Positions 38,042 through 50,000 of a stretch of 64,000 bases of DNA are shown here, piece by piece. The DNA is from Botryllus schlosseri. Lineage: Eukaryota. Both the position numbers and the translations under genes were made by a program. A model generated the notes under the pieces. It searched no databases. It worked only from the letters and a program-made list of their open reading frames with translations, and had not been told where the DNA came from. The stretch covers positions 15,624,001 to 15,688,000 of the forward strand of contig CM119371.1 of the NCBI GenBank assembly GCA_051294905.1. Reading direction: 5' to 3'. Within the stretch, counting starts at the first letter, position 1. Every line of letters begins with the position of its first letter.

Positions 38042-41000
38042 GTATGTAGTTCGAAGTCAAGTTTGGTGGTCGTAAAGCATGCAGTCCGAGTAGGCCTTAC
38101 ACCAATGTCTGTATATATGTCTATGTCTATAAGGATGAGAGAGATATGCTCCATAAATATATAGGATATTTAGATATATCCACACCAAAAATATTATTAT
38201 GATCTGGTGCTTTATTGGTGTGCAACTTCTATCTGCTAACTAATTTAATACGGGATGAAGATTGATTCAAATTGTTTCAACTTTTAAACGAAGTGCCAAG
38301 CGACACATATTAATCTATGCCTACTGGTAGCGATATAGACCAGAAAAGCTAGACGACGAGACCTAGCTATACGGCCAGAGTTGGTTAGTTACCAAACGCT
38401 TGATTATCGTATTTGATTACTCAAGTGTGCAAGTTGCGACGATTCTAATTTAGAAGTATTCAACTTAGATAAGCATATCTTCAAAATTTCGTCGAGCGTC
38501 ACGTGAAATCGACGTATCAATATGTAGGGTATCCCCTGTATAGCACAATTAGGGTTGCAATTAAAACGAACCTGTTTAAAACAGGGCCCTTGTTTGAAAC
38601 ATGGCTTTTGTTTTTGTTTTTTAAGCCATGATGTCACGAATATTCAACTGTGCCGTCATAATGGATTGACAGGGACAATTGAAAATACAGGGTAAATATC
38701 ACTCCTTTGACGAAATATCTGTACTATTATGCTGTTGAACCGACTATTTTGAGGGTTCCAACCCTCCCATATCGACATACGTCGGCTATATAGGTTGGTA
38801 GTTGTCCGTATAGGCTCATGCAACATGTTTTTTGGAAAGTATTACACCATTATGGCCTAATTTTACAACTAAAAAAACACAATTTTTTTTATGAAGGCAG
38901 TTGTTTAAAACACTGTTTAAAACAATGGTTCTCAACCTTTTTCACCCGGCGGACCGGTAAAAATTCGAAAAATATTTGGCGGACCGATGGACCATCAAAA
39001 ATCATCCCAAAATGTCCAGTCATGAAACCGTTTTTTGGACTATGGTACTAGAGAGTGACGTTTTGAGAGTTTGTTCGTAATTAATATGTTCAATGAACAA
39101 TGTTGTTGATAGTGGTATTCATGTGATTTTACGGTAATTAGTCTGCTGAGTCGAAGTAACATTCTTTTTCCCAGATAAACGTGCTGGTGCCGAAAGTTGA
39201 TTACCGTCTTTCGCGCCGAAGGCTGTGAACTAATCGACTACGGCACTACGCCAACTCGAATAATATTCTTCTATTCGACAAGAAGCGTTTCTGAGTCGGA
39301 CCAAGCCCCTTCTCGAGCTACCTTGCCCATTTGCCATTACCGCCAGACTTACTATGAATGCAATACGCTGCTGAAAAACACCTGATATTAGCGATATGGG
39401 ATCATCCACAAAATGAATGAATCGAAAAAATTATTGTGTAAACTGCGCGGTTTAGCGACGCAGTTCGTATTTATCGGTCGCCTTGTTTTTTTAGGCGTGC
39501 GGAATGAGAAGCAAAAAATAGATTTGCGGGCCGGGCCAAAAGTTTAAACTATATTCCGTGGCGTATTTTATCTCTAAAAAGTACACAGTGAATTACATTG
39601 TTAACACAAGCTCTTAGCTAAGTGGATGTGTTAAATTTAGGCTATAAGAGAGTGAGGGTTAATTTACCAAAAAATATTTCGATTCTTTCAGTGACAATAT
39701 GCAAAACCATGTGAAGCACGAATCACTCTTAACTAAGTTAAATCACATTTCTCCATACTCTATTATCTATGGAGACGTCAAAATGTATTTGGGATAGGCC
39801 CTATTACAAGCTGGTCTTGGTCCTGGGCTGTGAGTAGCGTGAAATCCAGCCTCGCTGTTTTGAGAGTTTCGCTGGCAAGTGCTTTGGAATCCGCGCTCTC
39901 TCGGCCTCAGCCAGCAACGAGTGTTAGTATTTCAGTGCGTTTTTCTCATAATGCCGATTCAGAATATATCTCCAAAAACTGCTACCTGCTCACCACAAAG
40001 AAAATGACTCGTTTCCCTCTCATTCGAGCAAACAAATATTGAGTGTTTAAGTCATTTTAAATGTCAGCCTCCATCTTCCGCCTCTATTTTTAGCATATGC
40101 CTGATCATCGTTTTGGGTGACCTCTGCTCACTGCTCACGTGCACTGATTGACTTGTTTTACGGTTTATGGATTGAAAACGCACGTCATAACAATATAAAT
40201 CACAGACCGGGTAATTCGTGATGTAACAATGGCAACCCAAAGTTTTGAACTATCTGAAGCCGTTACTTTTTACTATATTTGTTACGGTATACTTTGCTAT
40301 ACAAGCAGTATTTTGAATCCAAATTGTACGACCTATACGTAGGCTGCATAATCACTAATGTACAACGCAGATGAAAAAGCAGGATTTAAAGTTTGTTTGT
40401 TTTGAGGTATTCATGGTGTTTGCCGACTACTATGGTCATTTACACCAGGCCGATATTCTTCTTATGTTCCGTAACTGCCGACTTATAGCACGGCCCACCT
40501 CTAGGCTTTTGTAAGACACCGCACAACACTTAGGCATCGGAATTCGGAAGTCAACCTCGGTCGGATTCGAACCCGCACCCATTTGGTGTTGCAGCCGCGG
40601 ATTATACCACTGCGCTATCTCGCCACTGTAAGATTTAAAGTAATCGCATTTCCGATTCAGTTTATGTAGCCTTAGGTTTTAGTTCACACATTAGTATTGA
40701 AAAGTAGGTTTTATGTTCTAAATTCCAGGCTACTTTTCTCGGGTCAGTAAGAATCGCGTAACGAGCCCCATTTCGCCCGAGTGCCGTATGCTTTGCCCAG
40801 GTCTAAGTTAAATCGAACATGCCAGGGCTAATCTTACCTCACGAAGTTCTAAATATGTTTAAATTTTTAATTTAATAAATTGACAAGCCTTCAACATTTT
40901 GCATCTTGAAATTAAAGTATAAAATTTCAAAATAACTGGCGGACCGGCGGTTGAGAACCACTGGTTTAAAACATGTTTTAAACAAAGTGTTTTAAAAGAC

Positions 41001-44000
41001 CGTTTGTTTTAAATGCAACCCTAAACACAATCAAGCAAAGTCATTTTGAAATCGCATCGTAGCAATTCATAGATTCATTATCAACGGGGAAGCATTTGGA
41101 CTGGTTAGAGTTTGTGCGTTGATATTAGAGCTAGAAGTTTTCGCCAAAACTTACTGTTTTACCTGTCCTCTACTTCCACTTGAGTGCTAACGATACCTAC
41201 TTTCACCACCTCTGTATTCGCATTATAATTGTATACAACTATAACTATGATCATGTCCGCGCCTTTACATTATTTAACGTGATAATGTATATTTCAGGTG
41301 AAGCTGTAAGTTGCTATGTTTGTACGGCGACGACATTACCCTATTTGTGTTTCCCGATGGAATGTTCGTCTGGCGCTTCTTGTTTCACCCAAGCATGGAT
41401 TGAAAACGGACAGAGATACTGTATGTTCCCTTCTTATTATACCGTTATTTTTAGATGTCAATCAAATCATATCGATTAAGCTATCTATCATATGCAGAAT
41501 GAGCTAACGATGGAAACTTACATGAAAACTGAGCAAATATCATTATACTCGGAATATTACCGAATGGTATATTTCGCATCAGTGACAACAACATCAAAGG
41601 CGAAATTTGTGGGTGAAATTGAAATTATCATCTTTTGCGATGCATTTGGTGGATCATTGAAAATTGATGATGGGATTCTCCTGTTATCGACAAATAAAGT
41701 GTACGCATATAATACTTTTCTTACTAAACTACACCGCCGATCCAGGAACCATAGCGAAACTGTTATATGCAGGTCGCATGGAGAATATAATACTGACAAT
41801 GCATCAAATGTATTTGGTCACATTCCCGTATCACTTCTGACTCAAAGAAGGTCCCAGACAGACAGAGAAACCCGAATCACGATTTATTCTAACGTCCGCG
41901 TTTACAGTTAAATCTTTTGTATTCCTCATGACGCATACGCAGAGCTAGCGCCAAATTACGACTAAAACAAAGGGATCATAGACATTTGCCAACTTATATT
42001 CCGTTGGTAGAATCAGTGTTTTAGCGGTTGAATTCAAAAGACTAATCTTCGAATTTTTGCCAAAATTTCGCTGTTTGCGAATAAAGGTGTTGCTAGAATA
42101 TAATCCTATAATGTAATTATTGTGTATACAGGATTGATAGATAAAGTATTCAAGCGAAAAGCAAGGGCGTGCATTTTGAGGAAATATATTGGAACCGCGA
42201 ACGGTTTGAAGGTCTGAATCCGGCCTGCAAGGCAACTTGAGTTTAACACTCCTGGCCTAAAGCTGTGTTTGCGAAAATGTAGAGCAGATAGGGCTGTACG
42301 AGATTTAGACATTCCAAGGATGGAAATAAAGTATTGAAACTATGTTTGTCGTTGACAAAATATTACTCTCTGAAGGCACATATTTGATTACTCGTAATCA
42401 TCGGGTTCCTCTACTCGAGTCGAATCATTACATTTGATACTGGAAACGGATTCGATTACTCGAATTGTTGTTCCCAGCCCTATCCGTGAATTTCCATTCA
42501 ATATCAAAGCTATACCATATCGCCAAGTGCTTAAATCGTCACCCGAATTCTTGCTCTGTGCGGATAGCTGAGCGAAAATAGCACATATGTTTTTGGCCAT
42601 ACTTTAGGCCACAATTTCCGCTGACCATAGATAAGGATGGTATTTTTCGTCATTATTCCGACTGGCGCTCCAACTTTTCAATTGATGATCAAAGTCTACC
42701 GTTGGAAGAATCATCGGACGTGACATTATCTCTAACGTGTTCGCCGAAGCACATAAATCCATTCGAGCCCAATGGGTTATTGCTTTGATGAAGTCCGCCA
42801 ATTGCGTAATTCTATTTTGATATCTGTAGAGTTGAATCACGGGATTCGGCTTTGGTATGGTTGTGTGTAATCCTGTAAGTGGGGATAACATCGATCATTA
42901 GCCTTTTTTGTCGTACCAAAGCAATTCAGAATAGATGGTGCGTTTGCGAGAAGTGTATGCGTTCGCGCATTGGAAACGGGGCTATAGGGAAGTCGTTTAG
43001 AAACATTCCGTGCCCCGTGGAGATAATATAATACTTATTCACTTATGTGCAACCTTAACATTTGTAGTGTGTATGAAAATTATGAATTTGTGTGGTGGTC
43101 GTCGTCGTATTGGGTAATATGCAGAGGTGGCCAACGTACTCAGCGTTGCTACTCATTAGAAGTCGAAGTAATGCCATAACTTTCTACTCCATTGCAATTG
43201 AAAGTTGCAATTTCAAGGATATGTTAAAACAACTTCAAGCAGACGTAGGGAATGGAGGTCTCATAAGTCACAGGTACTCAAATTAATAGTTTCATAAAGT
43301 AGATGCGGTCGAGAAGTGGCATAAGCAGTTAATCATGGGTGTCTACTGTCTACTTCTGGCATTCCCAAATGCAATTTAGCGACGAACGCAAAATGAAAAT
43401 TGATGCTAGAAATAGGTACAGTTTCCGAAAATAAATTCAGTTACCGTGATACAGGGGCTGTTGATTGTGGTAGTCATGGTATTTGTCGACTACTATGATC
43501 ATTTACAACAGGCCCATATATTCTTTATTATTATTCCGTATCTGACGACTTGCAGCACGACCCTTGTAGCGTCTTTTCAAGAATCCGCGCACGCGGATTA
43601 GGTGGCGAGGAGAGGTTTCGTCAAAATAAATTATACTCGTTACTGAACGGGCTGTAACTGACCTAAAGCACACGTTTCACACATACTAACAACACACTTC
43701 ACCTTATACATATATCACCTTCTTTAGGAGTGTATGTGACTTATTCATGTCAACAAGAATTGGTGTGAATGCCACGAGTCGGGCGAGAAGCGCCCCTGAT
43801 TTGTCTGCATCCTATGCTAATGTGGTATAATCGTTCGCATAAAGTGATGGATTCAGTTCATGCTCATAACCAGCATTCTTGATTATGTTCAAGATATATT
43901 TGGACTATTAACGCGTAGTGTAGTGTAACCGGCAATCGAATGAAAAGGGCGCATTTTAGTGGGCCACGTATATTGAGTGTGGTGTGATAGTAATTGATTA

Positions 44001-47000
44001 TGCGAATCACAGTCGCAGTAATCAGATAAATGAATGAGAGAGAAAGCCGTTCAGACAACCTCATAGCCAGTCTTGCCCAAAGGAAAGGCGCAATCATCAT
44101 TCCCGAGTCTAGGCCGCGCCCACATTCGGGTTCGCTTCATGCTCAGGCCGCGAGGTTCCATCTCGTCTTCGCGGGGCTCGGATTCGCAATTTAGAACAAT
44201 CACGATCACTCGTTTTAGTGGTTTATTCAAATAGTATAATCTACAGTGCTTAAAACATAGGAAGCATGGTTGTAAGATGGCGGTCATCTAGTATTGGGTG
44301 GGTATTATTTCCGATTGGATTTCTAAGGTTTCCGGTGGTCATGTTTAATGTCTATTGGTACGTGACAGGATATTGTTTTTATATATATTTTTGGGTCGAA
44401 TAGGTCATATTTTTTGTGACTCAGATGAGTCCGGTTATGTCTGAACTTTATCCATGTATTAGGTCTATGTTCTTCCAGGGATAGTTTCGCTTATTAAAAT
44501 TTTGGATATATTCACACCTTTTGCCGAATTTTTTTCCTATTTTGGTGACTGCGTCTTCTCAGGTATTCCATGGGGTCTTGTATTCTGGGTGTGGTTTGGG
44601 GACCGGTGATGGGTGGTTGGTTGGTTGGGTGGGTGGGTGTTGGTATGGTCTATTGGGCGGGGTGGGGCGTCATGGGTTGGTTTTATTCATGGTGCGGTAA
44701 ATACAAAATAAATGCATATAGTTCAATGTATAGCGAAAGAATGGTATCAGCGAAAAAAGGTATCAGCAGTGTGCATGCGAGTCATATTAGTATATGCCCA
44801 TTATTAAATATATTTCAATAGTCGGAATTGCGCGCATTGTGAAAGATCCGTCGCGCGTTTCGCAAAGTTCGCGTTTCTATGTGTTCCTCCTCTTCTGATT
44901 TGCACCCATTTCATTGTATAGCGACAATGTGGTATCGATAATACGTGCGAGTCATATTTAGTATATGCTCGTTATTATAATATTTAGATGTAATACAATA
45001 ATCGGAATTCGCGCGCATTGCGGCGTAATGCCACCCGTTTCGAAGAGTTCGCGTTCTTTTTTTGCGTCATCGCGATATTCGTGGTGTTTCGGTTCGTATT
45101 CTCTTCCGTAGTTGTGATATACGATTATCGATATCGGCGTCACTGGCATATTGATTTAATATGTCAAGTGCCGTCTTCCACTTCCATATCTCCGTCTTCA
45201 TAATGAGGAAGGCTTTCGTTACTGCTGCTTCATGAGGTCCGTCGTATCGGTTGTGGTATATTTCTTTCGGATTCGTGAATATGTCCGCTCTCAGCGCGTT
45301 TTCGACGACATCTAAAATAATATAGAAAATTTTTCTATATGTCGGGCATTCCGTATAGATATGGTGTAGGGTCTCTATAGGATTTTTGCACAGCTTGCAG
45401 TTGTTTTTCAGGGTGGCACCTTGTCGGTTTGCGGTCCAGCCGGCTTGTTTCTTTCGAGAGCCTGTGAAATAACTTTCAGTTGTTATTCTGTAGGAGATTT
45501 CACGTTCTCTATTGGTGGCATAATGTTTGATACTAGGTTGATATAACCATATTCTCATCCAGTTTTCCACCTCTTCATCTTTGTGTTCGGTTTTCTCTTT
45601 TATGAGCGATTCGTATATCGCTTTTGGGGGGGCGTTGTGCGCTTCTTCGAGATCTTGTTGCAGGATATCGTAGGTTACCTTTTCGCATTGCCAGTTGTAG
45701 GTCGGTGTTGGCCTGTGGGGGCAACTGTTGTTATATAGAGCACTGTTGATAGTTCTAACCTTGGTTCCGAGGCTGTAAACAGCCTCGGCGTGCCAGATTT
45801 CTTTGGGTTGGTCGAGTCTAGCGATTTCTTGTAGCCTTTTTGCTTTCCGTGCTCTTATTGCTGACTCGATGTCCGGCATCCCAATGCCTCCCATCTCTTT
45901 CGGGCGGATCAGTGTGTGTCTGCTCTTTTGCTCGAGGGATTCGGGGCTCCACAGTATATCGTATACTATTCTCTCGAGTTGCTTTTGTTGTTGTTTCTGG
46001 ATCTGGTATGGAAAGTATATATACGTAATTTTACTTACTATATATGCATTGATCGCCTTCATTTTTCCAATCCAGGTCAGCCTCTGCCTCTTGATGTTGT
46101 TGGCACTTTTCTTCACACTTCCCATTAGCTTGTCGAAGTTTGTATCACGAGCTTTCTCTCCATGGAATATCCCGAGTATTTTGATAGTTGTTTTGGCATA
46201 CTGGGCGTGCCTGGACCCTTGTAGCAGCTGTTTTGATCTTTCGTTAGTTGGCAGGATTTCTGTTTTGTCGGCGTTTATATCTTGGCCAGTAACTCTGTAT
46301 AGTCTCGAAAATTCATTAAAGACTTCAGTGATTGATTCAATACTGCTTATATACAGGGTTATATCGTCGGCAAATTGATCGATTTTATGCTCTATGCCTC
46401 CAATACGTAGGCTTTTGATGTCGTGGTTTGTTTCTATCCGGCGTGCTAGTGGGTCCGCACTTATAGCGTATAAGGTCATACTAAGGGGACATCCTTGTCG
46501 GATGCCCCTTGTATAGGCGATATTGGCTACTTCATAACCGTTTACTTCAATCATGGCTTTGGGATCACGGTATATCGCTTTGATAGTGTTCAAAACCTGA
46601 TGGGAGAGCGGTAGCTTGTCTAAGATTTCAAATAGCATGTTATGGTCTACCTTGTCAAAGGCCTTGCTTGCATCGATTGTCATGATGTAGCCTTCGGTTC
46701 TTTTTTCTGCTTGGTATCTTAGGATCGCAGCTACGTTGTTGTGGATTGTATCCATTTTCCCTCCGGGAAGTCCGGCTTTCTGCGATTTGTTTATCGAGGT
46801 TTCAATCTCCTGTGTTAGTCTGTTATTGAGAATGGTTGCCATTATTTTATAGTCGACATTTAAAAGGGAAATAGGTCGCCAATTCTTTAATTCAGTTTTT
46901 TCTTTCCCTTTATGGATTAGTATAGTTCTGGCTTGGTTCCAGCTTTTGGGTAGTTTCGAGAACATAATTGCGTTATTAACAATTTGTGTTAGTCTCCTAC

Positions 47001-50000
47001 CGATTGATTTCCACAAAGCTAGGTAGAACTCGACCGTGATGCCGTCGGGACCTGGCGATTTTTCTCTATTCATGCCTTTGATTACTTGCAGCACTTCTTC
47101 TTGCTGTATTGGTGATATATTCCGTTCGTGTTGTTGTTGTTGTGTTCCTGGAATGTTGTATCCCGACAGATATTCCATTCGCGCAGCTTGATTGTTTGCA
47201 GGCCGTCCCTTCCATAAATCTGTATAAAAGGATTGAATCTCATTAGCGATCTTATCTCTTTCTGTTGAGATTGTGCCATCTTTGAGTCGTATTTTTTTGA
47301 GGTCAGCTGTTTCCTTCCTCTGCCTGAATTGCTGCCAAAATTGTCTTTGGTTTGGCTTTTCTCCTTCAAAAACATCACAGCGCGTTAGCATTTTTAGTAT
47401 TCCTTCTGATTGCTGATATCGTATGGTATTGTCTATGTTTTTGTTCTTATTTATGCCATACCTTTTGCTAACATTTGCAATTTTTGATTTTAGCAGGTCC
47501 CACCACTCTTGGATGGTTTGGCTCTTCCAGATTTCGGCCTCTTCTGTTTTGACGAGGTTATCTATAATGTCCTTGTACACGTTATCATCTAGTAGTTGAT
47601 AGTTGCATTTCCACTTTTTCTTTTTCCATTTTGTTTCTGGCTCTATGTTGAGTTGTATGAGAGGACTAATATGGTCGGCCACGTAGTTGTTCTCGTGGCC
47701 TGCATATGTTACATATTTCATCAGTTCGTTCGTGACATAGAGTCTATCAATTCTTCTGCTATTTTGGTGCGTTATGTGCGTAAATTCTTCCGCGCGTTTG
47801 CGTTTACTTCTGAAGGAATCGACCAGGTCATTTTCGATGACTATGTCTTCAAGTAGTCTGGTGGTAGGTTTGCGCAAGAATCTGGACTTATCTTGGGAGT
47901 CTCTTTTATTCATTATTTCATTAAAATCACCTCCTATTATTATGGGGGTCATTATATTTGTCAGTTCATCTCTGATTTGCGTAAAGAAACTGAGTCTCGC
48001 ATCTTCTTTTCTTGGACTAGACCCTGATGGGGCGTATATATTTATCACGGATACTGGACAGTTATCAATTTCAATGTCTAGGCGTTGGGCTCGATTTCTT
48101 ATTAGTATGGTATGACGAAAGGTTTTGCCTTGGAGTTCTTTTTTAATCAGGATTGCTGTTCCATGGTATTGTCTTCTTGCGTTTGTGGTGTTGGTATAGA
48201 TAGTATATCCCAATTTTTTTGCCCATGATTCGACCTGACTATAGTCCATTTTGTGGGTTTCCTGCACTAAGAGTATGTCCATTTTCGATTTTTTGATATA
48301 TTCGGCTAGGTCGTCCAATCTTGCTGATATTCCGTTGACGTTAATGGATGATATTTTCATTGTGGGGTATTGTTGTGGAATTAGAGGTATCTGTGTCTGA
48401 GGAGCTGTCGGTATCACTCGGACTGTCTTCTCTCTTCTTGCTTTTCTTCTCTAGTGGTTTTGGTTCACTATCTGTTGAGCTGTGTGCTCTTTTGGATGTC
48501 TCGGATATAATCGAGTCGCATTCGAAGTCGTTTTCGTTTTCATCTACCCTGATAGTACAGATTGTCTGATCGCCTTCTCCTTCCTCGCTGGGAGGGGAGG
48601 TAGGCGTTTCTTGGATTTCTTTTTCCTCAGTATTTAGCTTGTCTACAGTATGCGCAGTTTGCTTCTTTGCATCTGCATTCACCTTTGCTACAGGTTGCTT
48701 TGTATCCTTCTTTCTGGGTGGAATAGCTGGTGCTTTTGCTATCTCGTTCCACCAGTCAGTTGTTCTTTGCCTGCGTTCTGTTCTGGCATCTATTTTTGGA
48801 GGTGCACTTGTTGCTGGGAGTCTATTGCGTTTTTGCACCTCGTTTATAAAGTTTGCCAGCGCTGGCTGTTGCTGGTTTGCTTCTTTCGGAACGGTCTGCT
48901 CTTCGCATTCTGTTTCGATATGGCCCTTGGTTCTGCACTTTTTGCAGTAAGGTTCTGCGGGGATCGGGCAGTCCTTTACGATGTGGCTCGTGGCCTTGCA
49001 TCTATAGCATTTTTTGGTATACATATCCTCTGCTGTTTTTACGTGGCATGTATAGCCGTCTATAATCAGGTACTTGGGCAAGTATTCCTTGTTGAAATCT
49101 TCGACCCAGACGTTGGTGTAGCCGTTATATATGTTGGTGTTTTTTCGGTAGACCCTTGTCATGTTTGCAGTTTTGCCGAAGCAATAGCTATTTACTGTGG
49201 CTTCTACTGTTGCTTTTGTTGTTTCCGCTGGTATGCCTCGTATTATAAGATGTGTGGCCGGAAGCCTCGGTAGTTCTATGGAGATGTTTTCAAAGTGCCT
49301 GGCTTCTGGGTTCTTCTTGAGCTTTTCGTATATCATGTCCCTGATATTTTTGCCGTCTTTGTCGTTATAGAATGTTGCTACCCAGATTCCTCTTCTAATT
49401 TCGTATAACATTTCGAGATCTTCTACGCATTCTGAAATGATTTTACTGCATTTTAGCTCGTCATATACAGTATCCCAGTCTATGTTTTCTGGCCCTTTCA
49501 CAAAAAGTGATCTCGGCCTTGCGTGCTGATAGTTTCTGTCCTTCAGTGGCACTTTGCCTGCTGCAGCTGCATAGTTCCCATTTTTTGCTGGTAATATATC
49601 CATAGTATTCGGTAATATATCCATAGTATCCACAGTTTGCATTGTATATATATATTCGGTTCGGCTATAGTCCGAGATGCAGTGGGCGACGCCCTTTGCT
49701 ACGATGAGATTCGCCTCCGCTACGATGAGACTCGCGACACGTTCGACACACGCTTCTGCAATCTAGATCCGCACTCACTCTCGTGTTATCGAGACGGACC
49801 CAATGTATCACATATCAATGCTAGTTCCATCACGATCAAGATACATACTATAGATATGATCTCTATAAGTATGATCTTGGTTTGATGAGTCCAGTCGCGC
49901 GGTCATACTCGAAAAATAATACATAGCTTTAATGGTGAGCAGAGCAGAGCATCGCTCTCTCTCTCTCTCTCCCTCTTCTTCTCTCTAACATTCTTTGCTG

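Larger units (their letters stand above)
38550..41023. mobile_element. TAGGGTTGCA-family hAT MITE, copy 2
   Basis: Ends TAGGGTTGCAATTAAAAC and GTTTTAAATGCAACCCTA; TSD AGCACAAT/AACACAAT (7/8); 38550-38920 is the reverse complement of about 33440-33817. Confidence 0.8.
44209..49828 (-). mobile_element. Full-length Tx1/L1-clade non-LTR retrotransposon, antisense in intron 2 of the mosaic gene
   Basis: 10-bp TSD ATCACGATCA (44199-44208, 49829-49838); 186-nt 5' UTR, ORF1, ORF2 and a 3' UTR of about 860 nt with AATAAA (44222-44227) 13 nt from the end; no poly(A) tail. Confidence 0.9.

Noticed and set aside
40560-40625. tRNA gene
   Set aside because: A and B boxes are present, but the head continues into a body and (CAAA)n tail shared by other copies and is TSD-flanked, so it is a SINE.
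32356-41023. Composite transposon that captured Kelch gene 2
   Set aside because: Each MITE copy has its own different TSD (ATTGTATT vs A(G/A)CACAAT), so they inserted independently.
45803-49273. Plus-strand ORFs of up to 207 aa overlapping the retrotransposon
   Set aside because: Antisense shadows of ORF1/ORF2; no independent motifs.
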